A DNA stretch of 55,020 bases, counting the filler, from Circinaria calcarea (Eukaryota): assembly GCA_051942165.1 (NCBI GenBank). It is 5 parts of 5 records of this genome, joined end to end, with 100 filler letters (N's around TTAATTAATTAA, not from the genome) between each part and the next. Parts side by side here need not be neighbours in the genome. Positions count along the whole stretch, not along the records: positions 44,118 to 55,020 come from JAVECS010000743.1; 4 more parts are not named here. The stretch is one strand, 5' to 3'. Below the pieces are notes generated by a model. That model was not told where the DNA came from. It saw only the letters and a list, made by a program, of their open reading frames with translations, and made no database searches. Below are positions 50,101 to 55,020 of this stretch, in pieces; position 1 is the first letter of the stretch; every line of letters begins with the position of its first letter. Made by a program: the position numbers and the translations under genes.

Positions 50101-53100
50101 CGGTTATCATTCTCGGAAGCAGTCAGTCGCCCTTTTACCGTAACAAGCTCTCTTTCGATGCGCTCCTTGTGCTGATCATGTTGCATACGAAAGTTATCCG
50201 AATCAGCAATCAGTGCATTCAGACCTTGGACTTCCCTCGCTAGTCTTTCTTTCTCTGCACACACCTCATTGAGTTGGACGTTCTTTGCTTCCAGGTCTTT
50301 CCGAAGTACATTCTGCCTCTCGTTGGCTTGCCGAGATATGCTCCGTTCCATGGCCGCCTCTGCCTGTAGCCTCGAAGCTTCGACCTCGGTGAAGCGATCT
50401 CGTAACTTTTTGAGTTCTGATTGCAAGTCCTTGCGACCTTGTTCGGCGGTTGCACGAGCTTCCATTGCACGCCGCAACGTATCTTGTTGAACATACAATT
50501 CTTTTTCGATGGTGATTTTTGATTCGTTGAGGTTATCAAACTCCTCTTTTAAGCTAGAAAGCTTGTGATCCCCGAGCATCTGGACATCGTCTCTTGATTG
50601 ACGTTCTCTGCTGAGCTCCGCTTGAACTTGAAAGAGCTGGTCCTTGAGATCTTTGATCTGCCCATCGAGGACTCGACGACTGTTGCCTGCTTGAGCATCT
50701 TCAGATAGCTTGGCTTCAAGTAACTTTTTCGCGTCGGCAGCCTCCCGTTCAAGCTGCGTCTTCTGTGACTTGATAACATCGGCATTAGCCTGTATTTCTC
50801 GAAGGCGACCCTGTATATTGTCATGTCTTGACGATAGGCTATTCTTTTCGTTCTCCAGTGTTTTCCGCTCAGCTTCGTTCCTCCTTTGGTCGGCCTTCAA
50901 TACCGTAATTTCGCTTTCCTTTTTGCGCAGAATGTCTTCAAAACCGGTGGAAGTAGCTGAAAGCTCTGTCAGCTGCTGTCGAAGAAGTCGATTATCGTCG
51001 ACGAGATCTTTGATCTGTTTTCGCGAAACCTGCAAATCCTTGGTAGTATTCGCAAGCTTCACGTCAAGGTCCTGGTCGGTCTTGAGAAGTTTGCTTTCCA
51101 GGTCTGACACTTTTCGTTGCTGCAAGTGCAGCTGGCTCTCTAGCATCTTTTTATCCTGAATCAAAGCATCGGTCTTCTCAGCATTATTGTTCCGGGTACG
51201 GTCGATCTCCGCGATTTGGTCCTGAAGTTCGGACATTTGATTGAGTAGTTCGTTCTTTTCAATTTCCAATCTCGAAATAATAATGCCAGCTTGCTCCAGT
51301 TGCTCCCGTCTTCTGTCCGCTTGCTCCTCTGCTTTCTTCTTCGCATCAATTAAATCATCAAGCTGATCCTCCAGATGCTCCTGGTCTTCAAGGGCACCTG
51401 CGAGCTTTTCATTCAGTTCGGTCTCTCGCTGTTGTAGGCGTTTGAAGATTTCTTCTTTATCAAGAGCTAATGCCCGCTCGCTTTCCAAGGTTTGCTGAAT
51501 CCGCTGTACCTCTGTATCTGCTCGTCTCCGCTCGTCTTCCAGTTTTTGCCGGTCTGCGGTCTCCTGTTGCATCTTGTTCTGAAGTTTCTGTATCATTTCA
51601 TCCCGTTTCTTAACCTCCCCAGCCGTTCTCGTAGCCCCTAACAAGGGTCTCATGCGCACAAAGAGTCTCCACCAAGGATTTTCGTTGAGATCTAGATAGA
51701 CTTGGAAATTCCGTTGAATAATGCGAGTAGCCTCCGCTCGATAAAGACGCTTATGTGCAACTCTTCGCTGGTTGAAGCCACGTGCGACAGACTGAAATCT
51801 TGACATGATCTCTCGAATCAGAGCATCACGCTTCTCTTCGAGCTCTGCTAGCACCCCAGCTCTGAAGAAAACTTTGGTAAGGCCTACCCGGTATAGAGCC
51901 GTGTCTAGGTCCATCTTCTCCAGGATGAAATGAGTGGCAATTTGGCCTTCAAGGTACCCTCTAGGCATGTCTCGGCAGAGGACCTCGTATCGCTGACGGA
52001 ACTCTGAAAATGGTAATCTGTTGGGAAACCCGGTCCGTGCAATCCTGATACCTTCGAGTACGCCATTGCACCGAAGTTGATCGAGAACCAAAGGAGCATG
52101 AAATTGTTTGGGTCGCTTCTTATGATTTGGCAGTATGCATCGCACAAAATGAGGATGCATAGAATGAAGTTGGTTCATCAAACTTGACAATTGCTCCTTG
52201 TGCCGTTGTGCCACCGTTCTGAATAAACCTTTCTTGACCCGACTTCGGGTCGCACCGCTCTCATCATCATGATCTGCACAGTCTGCAAAGAGAGCTGCAA
52301 CGTGCTTATCACGAGACGATGCCAGTAGTCTTGTTATATTGTCATTTAGAGGATCTTTGTTTTTCTCTAGCCACCCATCGGTAGAGTATTCAACTTCTGC
52401 AGCGTAGTGGGTAAGGATGAAGCCTTGTGATAACCTAGAAGATCGATATTTAGGAGTCTTTCTATCCCATAGCGAATGCATCTTCTCAGTAAAAGATTTG
52501 TCTGTAGCTTTAGGCATGACGGAGTCTTCATCCAGGCAAGAGAAAATTCCTATAGGATTGGGCAATTCGATCAAGTCTATTGTTGGTTGAAGATCCTTCC
52601 CAAAGTCGATGAATTTCCACTCGATTTGTTCTCTGGCATACTCCTCTTGTTCCAGGACGAACATATGGTGATTGAAGAACTGTTGCAATTTCTCATTCGT
52701 GTAATTGATGCAGAGTTGTTCGAAGCTATTGTTCTCAAAGATTTCGAATCCAGCAATGTCGAGGACACCAATGAAATGGGAATCATCCAATCCCATACCA
52801 GTCCGGTCTAATTGGCGGTTGATCATGGTTACCAAGTTGCCGAACGCTCGCTCGTATATGCCTTTGGACAGGGCATCTATCGCGGCTCGAACCTGTTCAG
52901 GAGTTTGTACCTTTTCGACCCACTCTCTCCCAGCTTTCACCATCGGATGTAGAAGACCCTTGACAAATGTATCCAGTGGTATTCCCAATAAATGACACAC
53001 CTTTTCCGCTTGAGTTTGCGCTTCTTTGGTAAGGCTTGCTTGGTCGGCTCGGACACTCTCCTTCATCACGGTAACATTTCCAAGGTGAAGGACTGCAGAG

Positions 53101-54577
53101 ATTGTACGAAGGATCGATGTTTGCTCAAGTTCCGAAAAGCCCATGATATGGAAAGCTTCGATGAGCGAGTTCCATTCGTCTCTATCACACACCCCTGCGA
53201 TTATGTCATTCCCATCCCTTGTGTAAGCAAAGTCTTCCACATCGAGCCCTTGTAAGAGGAAATCAGCCTTCATCCGCAGTTCCGCTCCTTTCAGCAGTTG
53301 GTAGAATATGTGATAATTCCGTTCAGTAGCGTTGAGTTTGACGACTCTAGATTTCTCTAGTAGGTACCAATCGATAAAGGCTCCCGCTATCTGCCCTGAC
53401 CTTGTGAACTCGATACGTATAAACTTACCAAACCGGGAAGAGTTGTTGTTTCTGACGGTTTGAGCATTTCCAAAGGCTTCCAGGATGGGATTGGCCCTTA
53501 GAATCTGTTGAGAGAGGTTTGTGAGTTGCCGTACTCCTGACCTTGCCCCTGGTGTATCGGAGGTAGCTACAGCGGCTAGATATTGAATGACTTTTTTGGT
53601 ATTTTCTGTCTTTCCAGCCCCAGATTCTCCCCTATACTCTAATTAGTCTTTTCGACTCCGTAGCAGGCTATTCATGATTTCCTTACGTGACTAGAATACT
53701 CTGATTCTCGCCCTCCTCCACCAAGTTACGGAACGCGCCGTCCGCCATTGCATAAATGTGCGGTCTTGTATCTTCTCTACTGCGACCTTTGTACATTTTG
53801 ATGTAGTCATTTGTGTAGATTGGTAGAGGACAGTAGGGATTCACCGTGACAAGGAATAAGCCAGAGTATGTCTAAAAGGCCGTCAGTAATCAGCACCTAG
53901 AAAAGAATCGGGATAACCCACGTAAATAAGATCCGTTTGATATCGCATATTCAGATTATGCACCACGGAGGCCTCGTTGAGATGAGTAAGTTCAGCCATG
54001 TCGCCTGCCTTTTCAAACTTTGCCGGATTGACTTTATCTACCGCGTCCGAGTCAACCTCTCGTTGCTAGATTATACATCAGCCTTCAGTTCCTCACTATC
54101 CAGTCTGACCTTCCAATATTATACCGTCCCATCGTCACACTGTATAATCAACCGTTCTCCATCAAGTTCCTCCACGACCCAACCTTTAACAAATGCCACC
54201 TGCGCGTCTCTCACCCAGACATATCTTTTCCCCGAAAAGTCATTTTCGCCCTCGATACCCCGAACGAGCTCAGTCTCTCTTTGCGCTTCCTCGGTCTTGA
54301 TAAATTTAGGGGCGAATGTGTTTGATGTATGGCTGCCGCTTCGATTCGAGTTCGATTGTAGTAGGGTAGTCCGAGACGGCGCAAGGCTCGAACCTGATGG
54401 AGGAGAAAAGGACTGATTACGATTATGGCCAAAGGGGTTTGATGCGGCTGGGGGCGATATGAAAGCCATTGACTTGGGTCGACCGGTAGATATCAAAGGA
54501 CCAGGAGAAGGCGAAGGAGAGTCTCTAGAGAAAGGGTTGTTGCGCCATTTTGGGCCATTTGTAGTGGGTGCCGACAT
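47135..54577 (-). CDS. myoB: Myosin type II heavy chain (S. cerevisiae Myo1 / Aspergillus MyoB orthologue)
   Basis: P-loop GESGAGKT near 53610-53632, [31 protein letters not shown] region and long coiled-coil tail; multi-exon. Confidence 0.96.
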
Positions 54578-55020
54578 GTTCGCGCCTTTAGGGACAGACA
54601 AAAGGACGTTGGAATGCAATTAATTGTGCACAAATACTAAAACAAAACACACTGGCTCTCAATTAGCAATCATAATGAACACACACAACACCACATCTCG
54701 GAAAATAAACGTGGAATCGGGCGGGTTCCTCGAAATATTTCCTAGTCCTCCTGCCGTTGATGTTTTTTCTTAATCGGGACGTTTGTTTACATTGACCAAA
54801 ATCGACCTTTCCCGAACGGGAGTAATGCCATGATGCTAGACTCGACGTCTGTGGAAAAATGCGCCTGCCCTTCAAAATCCTTAGAGACTTTTCGCGTCAA
54901 CGTCCTCGACCGACAATGAAAAGATCGCGCAGTATCTGCCAGATCAGAATCCCCTGTTACTACTACTCTCCGTCCTGAGAGAGGCCATATCGCAAACCCG
55001 CGGATATTCCCAGCACCGTC

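Noticed and set aside
47154..54432. Antisense and alternate-frame ORFs over myosin (likewise over CYK3 and the PKS)
   Set aside because: Shadows of long coding regions with no independent support.

Overview
Filamentous ascomycete genomic DNA (GT-AG introns, fungal gene families). The window is five separate contigs of descending size (10935, 10933, 10928, 10921, 10903 nt) joined by identical artificial 100-nt linkers, so adjacency across linkers means nothing. Contig 1: intact non-reducing PKS (SAT-KS-AT-PT-ACP-ACP-TE) facing an AflR-like Zn2Cys6 regulator with an in-frame stop, plus LTR-like and AT-rich debris upstream. Contig 2: METTL25/RRNAD1-like methyltransferase, a tandem array of four BTB/POZ genes (three ending in a coiled coil plus an H-x3-H-x2-C-x2-C motif, two interrupted by GAC-TAG) and a GT15 mannosyltransferase 3' end. 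Contig 3: MTHFR 3' end, CYK3, an AIG2/GGCT-like gene with an 8-nt microexon, and a ~3.85-kb diverged palindrome carrying two intact convergent PQ-loop (Any1-like) genes, each arm with its own LTR-like insert. Contig 4: Ser/Thr-rich surface proteins, a DUF3431 gene, an orphan ORF and a second copy of one LTR-like family. Contig 5: HeLo-like/ankyrin gene, KP4 killer-toxin-like gene and myosin II. All domain calls come from motif recognition by eye; no searches were run.
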